From: Stegostoma tigrinum
Taxonomy: Eukaryota
Assembly (NCBI RefSeq): GCF_030684315.1
Contig: NC_081400.1
Location: 8,437,464 to 8,501,463 of the forward strand
Reading direction: 5' to 3'
Length of the DNA: 64,000 bases
This document shows, in pieces, positions 1 through 13,671 of this stretch. The translations under genes were made by a program, and so were the position numbers. The notes under the pieces were generated by a model. That model had not been told where the DNA came from. It ran no database searches and worked only from the letters and a program-made list of their open reading frames with translations. Numbering within the stretch: position 1 is the stretch's first letter; every line of letters starts with the position of its first letter.

Positions 1-2235
1 GACGTTGTCTTTCAGCTGAGATACTAAACCCAGGTAGGTTTTAGGTATTTCAAGACATTGTAAGCATCACCCGGCCTAACATTATCAAAAGTTGCAGGTG
101 AATTTCTCTGATTTACTTTGGGTAAAAGTTCTCCACTCGCAGCAGTGCAAAAAAAAAACAAATAAATTAGAGTGTTATTTGACTTCATTTTATAATAAAT
201 TGCTGGTTTATGCTTTGCGTTGAGATAGTGATGATAATTAAAATCATACGACCTTGTTGGGAAGGTACTTTGAAACATCTTTGATGCATGCGTTGTAATC
301 TGCCTTACATTTCAACAGTGTTTTCCTCCTTGCTGTTACAAACATTCATTCCAACATAACAGGCAACTCGAATCGATTGTTAGCGTACAGTTGGAGGCGA
401 AAAGTTTGTTTTGATGATAGTGGTACAGTAAACAATATAAGCTGCAACAAAAAGGTAAGTCATTCATGTCTTAGATCAAGAAATGAACAAGTTGCTTGAC
501 TGTGACAATAGGTTGCATGTGTACAAAAATGATTATATTTGTGACACAGGTAATAAGCTTACTGTTGGCTATTGTTATCTCACAAAACAAAACACGAAGG
601 AATAATGCATTTGATGTCAGTTTGGAATGTTATGTTTGCTTTATATAATGAATTACAATAACACTGCCTAGAGGAAGAAAATAACAGATAATTTATTCAA
701 ATCTCAGGTCGTATTTAAGAAAAGCAATTGATAGTTCCATTCACTGTATTCCTGAGCGTGTGCTCGTTAAAATCTAGTGATTCCTTAAATTATGCTTGAT
801 AATCAATATAAAGAATTATTTATTTACTGTTACAAGTGGTTTTATGCTAAATGTCAATAGGCTTTTTAAAAAGCCTGCTGTTGGCTGTTAAATGACACAC
901 CAGTGATTATATTTACAGTTAGTTGCTACATTCTGTTTAATATCATCATTTGGGGGAATCCAATTTTATATCAAGATGAAAGTCAATTCATCTGCTACAG
1001 TTAAGTGTTAAAATGGACTTTATCATCCATAACCAGAATGCCAAATTACAATATTTTTCTATATGAGAACATAACTAATGCACAAAGGCAAAAAAAAAAT
1101 TTAAGCCTTACACTGAAAATAACACAACACGTGAATAAATATAATCCAACTGAGTTTGGCAAATCAGACAGTTATGAATAGCATCAGATATATTGTTGAA
1201 TGTGCACTATAATGAATCTAAGCAGGGATTCAAGCACACAAAGATATACTTCATTGGTCAAATCAATGTTAACAGTACAGTGTGAGCATGTATGCTTCTT
1301 TCGTCATGAGAATCAGCACTTTGGTGTCATGGATGTATCATTTTCGAAATGAGGCAGATAATTAGGCACACAGTTTTGGAAATTTTCACTTAATTCTCAA
1401 ATATATCATTGAAGCAAGAACACAATAGGCCAGGATGGTATGTACAACCCAGAAGAAAATTCAAAAACTGTGCGAACAAATGTGAAGGCAGACAATGGTA
1501 CTGTTAATAGAGCAAACTTTGTTATTTAATACACACATGATGATATCATATGTTAGTAGTCCTGCACTGTAGGTTAATTTCTTGCAGGCTCGTTTTTCAA
1601 TCCCATTGTCAGAACTGTTGGAAATTAAAGAACAATGGACAAGGCCATTATCCATAATAAAAGTACAGGCAAAAATGTGCAGAAGGATTAATTGAGAGGT
1701 GAAGTTCAGGAATCTTCCAAAAGACACAGAGTGAAATAGATTGTGCAAAAAGAAACAAACATGGCATAACATGGGGAAATATCAACTTGTCCACTTTGGT
1801 AAATATGAAAAAAAAAGCAGACAGAGGGTTTAAAGATTCTGGTGGAACTTAAAAACAAAAGGATTGCAGGATCTGGAAATCTGAGAAAATGCTGAAGAAA
1901 CTCAGCAGGTCTTGTAGCATGTGATGGCAAAAAAAAGTCACCGTTTTTCTGTTCAAGTCCAGTGATCGTTTGAAGGAAATAAAAGTAGTTAGGAATGGGT
2001 GGTATTTATGTTCATGGTGGTTTTCAGTTCAAGTCCAGTGGCCCTTTGAAGGAAATGAAAGTAGCTGGGAAGAGATGGTATATATGTTTATCATGGGGTG
2101 AGTCGGGGGCCACGGGTAAATGGTAACCACACACGGACACATTGCCCAGAAAAAGAGGCAGAACAATATGGAACAAAGACATGGCTTCTAATTAGACAAG
2201 ACAGAGGTTAATAGTGGATGAGTGATGACAAGAAG

Positions 2236-2535
2236 TGGTGGCCTGGTGGCTCACTGGTTAGCACTGTTGCCTCACAGCACCATGGAGCTGGATTTGCTTC
2301 CAGCTCTCGGTGACTATCTCTGTGGAGTTTGCAGGTTCTCCCTGTGTCTTCGTGGGTTTCCTCCAGGTGCTCCGGTTACCTCCCCCAGTCCAGAGATATG
2401 CAGGTTTGGTGGATCGACCATTCAAAATTGCCCAAAGTGTTCAGGAATGTCTAGATTAGTGGGGTGAGTCTGGGTGAGATATTCTGAGATCAGGTTGGGC
2501 TGAAGGGCCTGTTTCCATACTTTAAGGATTCTATG
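2236..2535 (+). mobile_element. HE1/V-SINE-like tRNA-derived SINE
   Basis: tRNA-like head (gtggctcactggttagcactgttgcctcacagc) and V-SINE-like core (tgtggagtttgcaggttctccctgtgtcttcgtgggtttcctccaggtgctccgg). Absent from duplicate copy B. Confidence 0.8.
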
Positions 2536-2609
2536 ATAATTGCAAATGGCTCAAAGTGAGTTGATTGCTGGGAACAGCCCGTACAAAACAGGGCCTAGTG
2601 TAATGATAA

Positions 2610-5110
2610 CACGGAGCAGGAAAGCTTGACGTTTTGGGACAGGACCCTGCTTCAGAAAAAGCTTTCCTGCTCATCTGATACTGCTTGGCCTGCCGTGTTC
2701 ATCCAGCCTCACACTGCGTTATCTCAGATTCTCCAGCATCAGCAGTTCCTACTATCCTAGTAGTCTGGTGTGAACTTTCTGAAAGTGTGGTGCAGAATTT
2801 TGTGTCTCGAAGACTGAAAAGTAATTCAGTGCAAAATTACAAGTTCTTCATTCGATTTGCACTGAGTCTTGCAGAAATACTGCAACAGGCCTGAGACACA
2901 AATCTTGAAGTAGAAACACGGAGGGCTATTGATTTGAGTGGCACTTGGAAGCTAAGGATTTTTTTTTATTTTGGAAAGAGCAAAAGTGTTCGACAAAGTG
3001 TTCGTCTAGTCGTTTTTGTCTTCACTCCAGTGTACAGGAGGCCATGTTGTGAGCAGCAAATGAGATGGAGGCAAATTGTTGCTTCAACTGAAAGATGTGC
3101 CTGGGCCGTTGAACGATGAGGAGGCAGACGGCAAACTGATACGTTTTGCACCATCGGCATGGGAAGTTTCACCATTGTTTGGGAGTGGAGCTGGTGTCAG
3201 AGAGGAACAGTTTCTGCGAATGTTGTTGATGGATGTAAGATGAAATATGGGCCTGAGGCAATATCCTGCTGCAGGTGGTGGAAATGGTAACATGTGATCC
3301 TTTGGATACGGAGATAGGTAGGGAGAAATAGAGGACTAAGGGACCGTATCTTGGCCGTGATTGGATTGGAGAAGAGTAAGGGAGATGTGCAGGGAATGGA
3401 TCAGAGATATCTGAGGCGTGTCTCGACGAATGTGACGAGGGTTCTACAGTTGAAGAAAATAGTTAAAATTTTTGAGGTTCACCTTTTATAAGATGGTTTC
3501 ATCAGAACAGATGTGCCAGAGATGACAATTCTGGGAAAACGGAATGGTTGTCCTGACCAGTACCGTGGTATCAGGGTGTGTACTAAAGGACGGGACTCAG
3601 TGGGTCTGTAATGGATGACAGTGGCCATTTTATCACCAGATATACAAATGAAGATGTCAAGAAAGGGACCAGTTGAAAGTAAGACAGGGGTAGAAATTGG
3701 AATCAAAATTTACGTTGTTTTTTTTTCCAATTCTGCATGAAGGATGAAAACAACACTGACGATGTCATTGATACACCACAGGAAGAGTTGTTGGTTGTGT
3801 CCTGAGTAAGACTGGATTAAGAAGTGTTCCATGTAACCCAAAAAGAAACATGCATATCTGGTGCTCATGTGCAAGTCTTTTACCTGAAGAAATGAGACGA
3901 GTTAAAGGAGAAGTTGTCCAAAGTGAGGACAACCACGTCAGTAGAAAGAGAGGACAAGGTGACCATCACGTTGTCGTGATTGGATTAGATAGGGGTAAGG
4001 ACAGTTGTGCAGGGAATGGATCAGAGATATCTGAGGCCTGTTTCGACGAATGTAATGAGGAATCCTCAACTGGCCTGGTAGAAGAGCATGGTGGTGCAAG
4101 GCAGCATACAACTCAAGGAAGAAGCGGAAACCATTCAACCTTGATGGAAATGTAGGTGGAATGCAATTCCTTTGTGAAGATGAGGTATCTGATAGTCGCA
4201 AACTGGAAATTTTGAGACAGACGTATTGGCTCAGATGATTTGCAGATGTAGGTCAGAATAGGCTGGATTAAAAAAAGAAATGAGGTAAGGTAGGACGAAA
4301 TAAGTTCAGTAGGGTAGGAACAGGCTGAAACATTGGGTTTTCCAAGGCAGTCGTGTTTGTGAACTTCTGGTAGAAAGTAGAAGGACCATGAGATGGGCAG
4401 CTCTGAGGCAGTGATACTCAGCTGAGATATAGTTACTGTAGGCGGCCTGAGCGCTGGTGCTCAGTCTCAGCAAGGTAATAGTCAGTTTTCCAGAGAACAA
4501 CACCACTCTTGTCAACTGGCTTGATTACAGAGTCAGAGTTGGATCTAAGAGCACAAAAAAATGCTGACAATAGAGGAAGATCGTTGAAACTGGTAACAGG
4601 ACCCGGGAAATATCACGAGTCAAGTGTAGGTCAGGTCAGGATGGCATGGTGGTTAGCACTGCTTTGGAGCAGCACCAGTGACCTGGGTTCAATTCCACTT
4701 TCGGGCGAGTGACTTTGTGGAGTTTTCATATTCTTCACATGCCTGCGTGGGTCTTCTTTGGATACTTCTGTTACCTCCCACAGTCCAAAGATTGTTACTT
4801 AATGCGGATTGGCTGTTGGAGTTGCTGAGTTACAGCGACATGTTGGGGAATGGGGTCAGGGTGTGATTCTATTTGCAGGGACTGTCTGGATTCAAAGGGC
4901 TGAATGGTGAGATTCCACACTGTATGATTGTATGAAGAAATCGGCGATCATAGGAAGAGGTCCTTTTGGTGGGAGAGTGTTGGAGGTGGGTGAAGTATTC
5001 TGTTGGACGGGCAGAGTAGTAGCCCTATCAAAAGAGTGATGAAGGTGACAAAACAAAAGTTCAATGTCATGTCAAACCCAACATTCAGAGAGTTGGGGGT
5101 GTGAAGGGAT
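2610..5110 (-). mobile_element. Highly decayed Penelope-like element (pLTR remnants plus RT/GIY-YIG relic)
   Basis: pLTR remnants near 2610-2755 and patchy nucleotide similarity to the better-preserved element at 32560-34630. No intact ORF. Confidence 0.6.
4640..4935 (+). mobile_element. HE1/V-SINE-like SINE (degenerate)
   Basis: ggcatggtggttagcactgc...gacctgggttcaattcc head and V-SINE-like core. The matching copy at about 48815-49100 shows it predates the duplication. Confidence 0.75.
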
Positions 5111-5881
5111 AAAGGAACTGCCTGCTGGGATGTTCAGTGAGGGGTTAAGGCAGGAGATTATCGTGAGGGCTGTGGAAATGCTGCCAGCAGGTGAAGGAAC
5201 ACAGGAAAAGGAGCAGGCATTCAGCATGTCTCGCCTATTTTGCCATTCATTGAGATCATAGCTGATCTGTGGCCTGGCGTAATTTACCTGGCTTTGGCAC
5301 ATATCTCAGAATACTTTGATGAGCAAGAAGTTGTGCATCTCAAATTTCATATTAACAACTTTACCAACCATTTTTGAAAGAGAGTTCAAACAGCTGACAG
5401 GTTTTGTGTGCAGAATTGATTTCGAACATCCCTCCTAAACGGTGTGGCCCTATTTTGTAGACAGTGCATCCTAGCCAATCAGTGGAGAGAAATATATTTT
5501 GATTTGCCCTGTCTTTTCCTGTTCATATCGTGGAGACGTCGATCAGATCTTCACTTATTTTTTCTGAATTCGTGGCAAAACAGATCTAATTTGTATAATC
5601 GCTACGTATATCAACAAATAGCATGGAAAATAAACCAGGCATTAGATGTTGTCAGAGAGATGATTGTTTAAGAACAGTTCAAAAATTCACTGCCGGAAGT
5701 AATGAGAAGTCACGTGGAAGAACAGAGAGTTAGTGCTGCAAGATTGGCAGCTGAAATGGTCAATGATTGTGAGCTAGATCATGAATCAAAGTTTGTCTTA
5801 CCACATCAATTTCAATCCGTGAGGGACAGAAAGTTGGGAAAAGAGAAATTCTCAGGTGGCAGGGGAAAAGGTGATAATAGA

Positions 5882-7660
5882 CAATAGGCAATAGGTGCTG
5901 GAGTAGGCCATTTGGCCCTTCGAGACAGCACCACCATTCATTATGATCATGGCTGATCATCCACAATCAGTATCCTGTTCCTGCCATATCCCCATAATCT
6001 TTGATTCCACTATCTTTAATAGCTCTGTCTATCTCTTTCTTGAAAGTATCCAGAGAGTTGGCCTTCACTGCCTTCTGGGGCAGAGCGTTCCATACATCCA
6101 CCACTCTCTGGGTGAAGAAGTTTTTCCTCAACTCTGTTCTAAATGGCCTACCCCTTATTTTTAAACTGTGTCCTCTGGTCCTGGACTCACCCATCAGCGG
6201 AAACATGCTTCCTGCCTCCACAGTGTCCAATCCCTTAATAATCTTATATTGTCTCAAACAGATCCCCTCTCATCCTTCTAAACTCAAGAGTATGCAAACC
6301 TAGTCGCTCCAATCTTTCAACATATGATAGTCCCGCCATTCCGGGAATTGACCTTGTGAACATACGCTGCACTTCCTCAATAGCATGACTGTCCTTCCTC
6401 AAATTGGGAGACCAAAACTGCACACAATACTCCAGATGCGGCCTCACTAGGGCCCTGTACAGCTGCAGAAGGACCTCTTTGCTCCTATACTCAATTCCTC
6501 TTGTGATGAAGACCAGCATGCTATTAGCTTTCTGCACTGCCTGCTGAACCTGCATACTTGCTTTCATTGACTGATGTGCAAGAAAACCTAGATCTAGTTG
6601 TACTTCCCCTTTACCGAAATTGACTCCATTGAGATCATAATCTACCTTCCTGTTCTTGTCACCAAAGTGTATAACCACACATTTATCCACATTAAACTGC
6701 ATCTGCCATGCATCCGTCCACTCACCTAGCCTGTCCAAGTTACCCTGTATTCTAATAACATCCTCCTCACATTTCACACTGCCACCCAACTTTGTGTCAT
6801 CAGCAAATTTGCGAATATTACTTCTCATGCCTTCGTCTATATCATTAATATATATCGTAAACAGCTGCGGCCCCAGCACTGAACCTTGTGTACCCCACAG
6901 GTCACTGCCTGCTATTCCAAAAGGGACCCATTTATCACTACTCTTTGCTTCCTGTCAGCCAGCCAATTTTCAATCCAACTCAGTATTTTGCCCCCAATAC
7001 AATGTGCCCTAATTTTGTTCACCAATCTCCTATGCGGGACTTTATCAAAGGCTTTTTGAAAGTCCAGGTAGTCTACATCCACTGGCTCCCCCTTATCCAT
7101 CTTCACAGATACATCCTCAAAAAAATCCAGAAGATCAGTCATGCACGATTTCCCCTTCGTAAATCCATGCTGACTCTGACCTATTCTGTTACTGCTATCC
7201 AAATGAGTCGTAATTTCATCTTTCATATTTGACTCCAGTATCTTTCCCACCACTGACGTCCGGCTAACCGGTCCGTAATTTCCTGTTTTCTTTCTCCCTC
7301 CTTTCTTGAAAAGTGGGACAACATTTACCACCCTCCAATCCGCAGGAACTGATTCTGAATCTATACAACCTTGGAAAATAATTAGCAACGTGTCCACAAT
7401 TTCTAGAACCACCTCCCTTAGTACCCTGGGATGCAGACCATCAGGTCCCAGGGACTTATCAGCCTTCAGGCCTAACAGTCTATCCAACACCATTTCCTGC
7501 CTAATATAAATACCCTTCAGTTCGTACATTACCCTCAGTCCTTCAGCCACTGCTGCATCAGGGAGATTGCTTGTGTCTTCCCTCGTGAAGACAGATCCAA
7601 AGTACCTATTCAACTCATCTGCCATTTCCTTGCTCCCCATAATAAATTCACCTGTTTCTA
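5882..7660 (-). mobile_element. CR1 LINE, 3' portion of ORF2 (reverse transcriptase), frameshifted
   Basis: ORFs 6912-7694, 6244-6879 and 5967-6257 carry CR1 RT motifs (QHGFTKGKSC, LDFQKAFDKVPH, KFADDTKLGG, RPHLEYCVQFWSP, NFFTQRVV). Confidence 0.95.
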
Positions 7661-7669
7661 CAATTTGCA

Positions 7670-10600
7670 CTTGGTAACGATATAACTGGATCACAGGTGG
7701 GAGTGCTACCTACTGTGATTGAAAACTTAGAGGAAAATCAGGCAACTGAGGTACTACAGGAATTACATATTGAGACTTTTCCTGACTGCATGGTAACAAA
7801 ATCACAAAGGCACAGGCTGAAGGAGGAGGAGAAACCAAAGAATAAAGTTAAGGAAGTCAAAGAAGAACCATGCGAGATCATGTTTGATGAAATGGTTGAG
7901 AAAGAAAAACAAAAACCTCTGGGGGATCAAGTCAATATTTTTAGTTTAGAGATTGTAAACAAATTACAACAGAACGGTGAAAAGCTGAAGCAGTTGCATT
8001 AAAAAGCAACACAGAAGAAGAATCTGAGTGTAACCCAAAACGTTACTATCTGAAAAATGATGTTTCAATGGGGAAATGGAGACATATTCAGGTGATGGAG
8101 AAATGGGCAGACATTCATCACGTTTGATGAGAGGAAGGGTTGTCATGGCTTGCACATGAATTACCCAAATAAAATTATTTGGGAGTGAGCAATAGTTTTA
8201 GCTGCCTGAAAACATAAGGATGCATTTGAATTTTGCCAGATGTGTCATACGTTTCAGTCAATTGAAAACCTCAGGCAGTGATAAAACGAACATCTCTAAT
8301 GACCATTCATGCATTTGAGGATCATTTCCAAAGGTCTTAATTGATCACGTGTGACCCATACATAAAACATAAATTTGGTGTTCGGTGTTTCTTGATCATA
8401 ATCAATGTGCACACTGAATTTCCAGATGCTATTCCATTGCACAAGATAATGATGGATAAGGATTACAGAAGAGTTACTCAAATTTTCCGCCAAATACAGG
8501 TTACCCACAGAGATACAATCGGATCATGGGTCACATTTTATGTAAAAAATACTCAAAAAAATTTTAGATAGCCTAAGAATAAAACAACTCAAAAACACTA
8601 CTGACCATCTCGATTTGCAGGGAACATCAGAGCGGCAGCATCAAACTTTAAAGATCATGTTGCAGTGTAACAGTTAAGACTTTTCAGAGGATAGAGGCAA
8701 AGGAATTCATTTTGAAATAAAGGATGTACCAAAGGAATCTATCAAATTCAGCCATTTGAATTTTGTTTTGGCATGAGGTAAGATGAACACTAATTAATTA
8801 AGGATAAATTAGTGAGTCAGAGCTCATAGACTGCATTTTCGGATGTGTGTCAAATGTTAGGAAAAAGATTAAATTGAACAGGTGAGTGCGTGAGACAGCA
8901 TTTAAAAGTAGCACAGCATGTGATGAAACAAGAAGCAGGCAAGGAATCAAAAGTTCGCAGCTTTTTGAGTGGAGTTAATGTGTTGGACTTATTTCCACTG
9001 AACGTCTAAAAGCAATGAAACATCACAGTGTGTCATGTAAATATACTGAGATGGCATTTTATTCGGGAAAGAATGCAAAAGGAAGTGTGTTATTTGTTGC
9101 AACATAGAGTGTCAATGCTGCCACGTTAAGAAGTAATGTGTCTTTTATGAAGAGATATTGTAAGGCAGAGGTGACAAGCTTGTCTAAGAAAGTAAAATAT
9201 TTGGGAGGCCTTGTTTTCTTTCACGTCAGAACGATGGAAGCAACCTGGATATGGCCAGCTCTCACAGAGCAGGTATTTAGGGTTTTGTTGCTTGTTTTTT
9301 TCTTTTCTTTTAGTTTTAAGCAGGGGCCTTTGGGGTCTGAAAAGACTTTGGAGCTTCAGTGAATGCCTCCGAGTTACTATTCTCTCTGAATCTTCTCTTG
9401 ATGTTTGTCTTTTTCCTCCTGGATTGGAGAACTGCATGTGATAATCTGTGCCCGAAGTTGCCTTTTTCTCCCAAAATGTCTGTTAATTGAATGTTATTAT
9501 ATTTAAACGCATAATTAGCAATAGTTACTGCATCTATTATTTGGTTAACTTTCTCAATGGTTAACACAAATTCTTCTTTATTCTGTATGTATTTTAACGT
9601 GAGTGTTTAAATAAGTTGTATTTTGCTGAATGTCAGTACCTTGACAAGTCACATTGCATCTGGAACACAAAAAATCATATGTAACTTTTAAATAATAAGT
9701 AAAAAAGGCTCTAGGCTCTCTTGTTAAAATATTTTGAGGGGGTCTGGTCTGGTCCATAACACCAAGATAAGAGCATTCTGAATTGACCATTCTTCAAATT
9801 AAATTGGCCAATGAGGAAGTTCTCAGAAATTGGGATAAACTGTTGAGTCACCTTCCAGAGGAAATTCAAAATGACCTGAAAGAGTTAATACTATTGCCTG
9901 AGATGTCTGGGAATATGGTGGGAATTACTAATATAATTATGCATAATGCAGAAATAGGAAATGCTGTTCTAATTAAATAACATCCTTGTGGATCTAACCC
10001 TCTGAAGTTGGCATAGGTTCAAAAAAGAGGTTGAACACTTGCTCAAAGACAACATAATCAAAGTGAGTTACAGAGACTGGAGCTGACCCATACCAATGGT
10101 GCTCAAACCAGATGGTAGCCAATGATTATGTGTGAACAGTCAAAAAGTCAGTGCAGTTCCAAAGTCAGATGCATATCCTATTCCACATTCAGAAGACTGC
10201 ATTGATAAGATGGGATAAGCAATTATGGCTCGAAGCGGGCATACTGAAGTGAAAATGGCATGAATCTTTATCTGAAAGAATGACATTGGCCATGCCAATT
10301 TAAAGTCATACCATTTAGCACGAAAAATGGACTGCCATATTTCAAAGACTACACAAGAAAGTCATTTCTGGATGGCCAATTGTGTGAGACACATCGCCAA
10401 TATGGTGACTTCTAAGCATTTGTGGTGTCTGTTGGAATTGTGTGATCAACTTTGGAATGCAGGCCAGGCAAGATCAACCTGGCTAAGAGGAATTTCACAA
10501 AAATACCAAGTCACATTGCTAGGCCATGTTATTGGGCCTGGGCAGATGGGCCACAGAATGTAGAAACAAAGTTTTCTGGGGAGATTTCCAGACCATCATT

Positions 10601-11984
10601 GAAGAGGGAAGAACTAAAATTCCTGAGATTGAGTGGGATTTATCAGATGTTCATGTGATAATTGAGTAGTGTGGTCAGCCCATTGACAAATTTACTGAAA
10701 AAGTGCAGAAAATTTCAGTGGGCAGTCGACTGGCAGAAGGCATTTGACAGCCCTAAAGCTGTCTTAAGCAGTACCCTAGTGTTATCCACATCTAATTGTG
10801 CAAAGCCTTTCGGGGTCGCTATCTATGCAAGTGACATAGGTGTTGATGCTGTGCTCTTACTAGAAGACGATGAGAAGATAGAAAGACATTTTGGGTATTA
10901 TTCCAGAAAACTGAATACTGAACAGAAATGTTCCATGATAGAGAATGAAACCTTGAGCCTGATATTGTGTAACATCATTTCAACATTTACATTGCCAGTA
11001 GTTTGCCTGAGAGAATTATATGTACTGATCATAATCGATTAAAGATTTGGAGAAATTTAAGGGCAAAAATTCCATACTGTTTTGATGCAGCTTATTATTG
11101 CAGCCATTCAATTTGAACATTATATACATGGCAGTACGAGCAAACATAATTGACAGTGGATTGTCATGAATTTGATGAAGTGGAGGCAAGAAAAATGGGA
11201 GTGAATTGATTGACACAGACTGTAGTAGTGAATACTCGAATGCTGAGAGTCAGTGTAATGTGAGAAGTATTGTAGTGTACTAATAGAGTTAGACCAATAA
11301 TTTTGAAAAAATAAAGCCAACTTTGTATATTGATGTTTCACTCTTTTTTAAGGGGGCAATTGTGGAGATATTGTGACTTCAGTATTTTTTTAGAGAGAGA
11401 TCGTAAATCAGAGGTGAGAACAGTCAACAAGAACTGAAAGAGTAAACAGTTTGGGAGGCCATCCATTAAAAAAAAACACCGTCTGAATGGGTGTGGTCAG
11501 CTCTCACAGATCCAGATTTCTGCTTTTTGTTTAGTTTACAGCAGTATGAGAAGAAATTTAGTTCTCAAAAGAGTTTGAAGCTTCAGTGAATGTCTCCTAG
11601 GTGCTTACGTCTCTGTATTTCCTCTTGATTTGTTTTCCCCCTGGTTTGAAGAACTGCATGGGAAAACCCATGCCTGAATTTGCCTTTTTGACAGAGGGTG
11701 TGCTTATGGGATGTTACTCTATTGAAACAGTTAATTAGTAATAATTGCTGTATCTCTTCTTCGATTAAGTGTTCCAATAGTTAATTTGTTATAAACCCCT
11801 CATTATTTTGTTTGCATTTTAACTAGTGTTTGAATAAAATGTGTTTCGCACAACTATGATTAGTTTGATCAGTCACAGCACATATGGAACATGACACTTG
11901 GCATCTTCATGTGAAATATGAACATGTCAATGTTCAGGCTATCTTCTTAAACAATCTTGAGGGAGGCCCATCTGATCCATAACA
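7670..11984 (+). mobile_element. Gypsy LTR retrotransposon relic, Gmr1-like order (integrase, then RT, then RNase H), with PPT and 3' LTR at 11361-11984
   Basis: Integrase-like relic at about 8000-9060, RT relic at about 9780-10650 (LLGHVIG), RNase H in ORF 10662-11042 (ASDIGVDAVLL, GYYSRKLN). Purine tract taagggggcaat precedes an LTR running TG...TAACA. Confidence 0.75.
9110..9761 (+). mobile_element. LTR (probably solo) nested between the integrase and RT relics
   Basis: Similar to LTRs at 11361-11984, 18330-18796 and 52587-53217, and ends ggtccataaca. No clear TSD; start approximate. Confidence 0.65.
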
Positions 11985-12064
11985 CATGTCAGCAATTTGC
12001 CATCCATTCTGTGGGATTCTTCCTTTAGTGGTTTTCTTTTCTAATGTTAGCATTCATTAAATGC

Positions 12065-12764
12065 CATAACACATGGAAGTGCATGGTAAAATAGGGCAAT
12101 GTCAGCCCATCTTCATCAAGGGGAGGTCATGCCTGACAAGTCTGTTCAAACTCTTTGAGGAAATAATGAACAAGTCAGACCAGGGAGAGCTAATAGATGT
12201 CATCTATCTGGGCTTCAAGAAGGGCTTTGACATGGCGCCACACAGGAGTCTGCTGAGTAAGGACCCATGGGGCTAGAGGCAAGGCATTAGAATGGATAGA
12301 AATTTGGCTGACTGGCGGAATGCAGAGAGTGGGGTTAAAAAGAATCCTGCTCAGGATGGCAGCCAGTGACATGTCGTGTTCCACCAAGCTGCACCACGCT
12401 TTTCACTTCATATATTAATGATCTAGATAAAGGAACTGAGTTCATTCTGGCTACATTTGCAGGAGATACAAATGCATGTAACGGAACAGGCAGTATTGAA
12501 GAGATCAGGAGGCTGCAGTAGGATTAGGAGAGTGGTCAAATAAGTGGCAGATGGAGTACCACATAGGAAAGCATGAGGTCATACACTTTCATAAGAATAG
12601 AGGAATGGCTTATTTTCTAAACGGGGAGAAAATTCACAAGTCTGAAATGAAAAGCGACTTGGGAGTTCATGTTCAGGATTTTCTCAGAGTTAACTTACCG
12701 GTTGAGTCAGTAGTTGGGAAGACAAATGCAACTTTGGCATTTATTTTGCGAGGGCTTTAATATA
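12065..12764 (+). mobile_element. CR1 LINE RT fragment
   Basis: ORFs 12073-12276 (KGRSCLTSL, KGFDMAPHR) and 12551-12760. Paralogous to 55145-55906. Confidence 0.85.
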
Positions 12765-12992
12765 CACTGACCCTCAGACTTTCCCACCCAAACCCATCCC
12801 CAGACATTATGGGTAATTTAGCATGGCCAATACACCTAGCCTGCACATCTTTGGAATGTGGGAGAAAACCCATGCAGACACGGGAAGGATGTGCAAACTT
12901 CACACAGACAGTTGCCCAAGCGTGGAATCGAACCTGGGTCGCTGGTGTTCTGAGGCAACAATGCTAACCACTGAGCCACTGTGCCACACCCA
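12765..12992 (-). mobile_element. HE1/V-SINE-like SINE
   Basis: Reverse-strand head ggtgtggcacagtggctcagtggttagcattgttgcctcag with B-box-like gttcgattcc. Confidence 0.8.
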
Positions 12993-12994
12993 CC

Positions 12995-13602
12995 CTACAC
13001 CCATCCGCTGACAGCACATTCCATATGCATACCATCCAAAATTTCCCCTCAGGTTCCCATGTATATTTTCCCCTCTTACTTTAAACTGATTTTCTCTATT
13101 CTTCACTTCCCCAACCTTGGTATAAAGACTGAGTGCATTTCACCTTATCCATGCCTCTTATGATCTTAATCACTGCTCTCAGATCCCCATTATGTCTCTG
13201 ACTCGCTGAAGAAAAATGCCCTAGCTTGTTGAACATCTCTCTATAATTCAGACCTTGAGTCCTGACAAAATTTTTGTAAATTTCTTCTGCATTCTTTCCA
13301 GTTTAATGGTATCCTTCCAGTAGCAAGATGATGAAAACTGAACACAACACTCCAAGTGCGGTCATTCCAACTTCTGGTATAACTGATTCATAACTTCCCC
13401 ACTTCTATACTCAACATCATGAGCGATAAAAGCCAGTGTGCCAAAAGCTTCCTTCACTGCCATATCTACTAGTGACTCCACCTTCAGAGATCCATGCACC
13501 TGAACTCCAATTTCCCTCTGTTACTCTGCACTCCTTAAGGCCCTATCATTTACCATGAAACTCCTACTTGGATTTGACTTTCCAAAATGCACCACCTCAC
13601 AG
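12995..13602 (-). mobile_element. CR1 LINE 3' ORF2 fragment (decayed)
   Basis: Nucleotide similarity to the CR1 3' region at 6000-6700. Confidence 0.7.
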
Positions 13603-13603
13603 T

Positions 13604-13633
13604 TATCTATCTATCTATCTATATATATATCTA

Positions 13634-13671
<38 letters not shown>

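Larger units (their letters stand above)
1..12764 (+). repeat. Segmental/tandem duplication unit, copy A (paralogous to 44710-55850)
   Basis: Position 1 (gacgttgtctttcagctgagatactaaacc) matches 44710. Colinear blocks: 1-5110 with 44710-49281, 5111-5613 with about 51494-51993, and about 11130-12764 with about 54240-55850, with indels between blocks. Confidence 0.95.

Noticed and set aside
2236-2310. tRNA genes at SINE heads (also near 4640, 12920, 36390 and 48815)
   Set aside because: The A/B-box-like heads continue into SINE bodies and do not form complete cloverleafs.
3352-4065. Internal direct repeat of about 90 bp (3352-3440 and 3975-4065; also in copy B)
   Set aside because: It lies within a decayed Penelope relic and predates the segmental duplication, with no sign of function.
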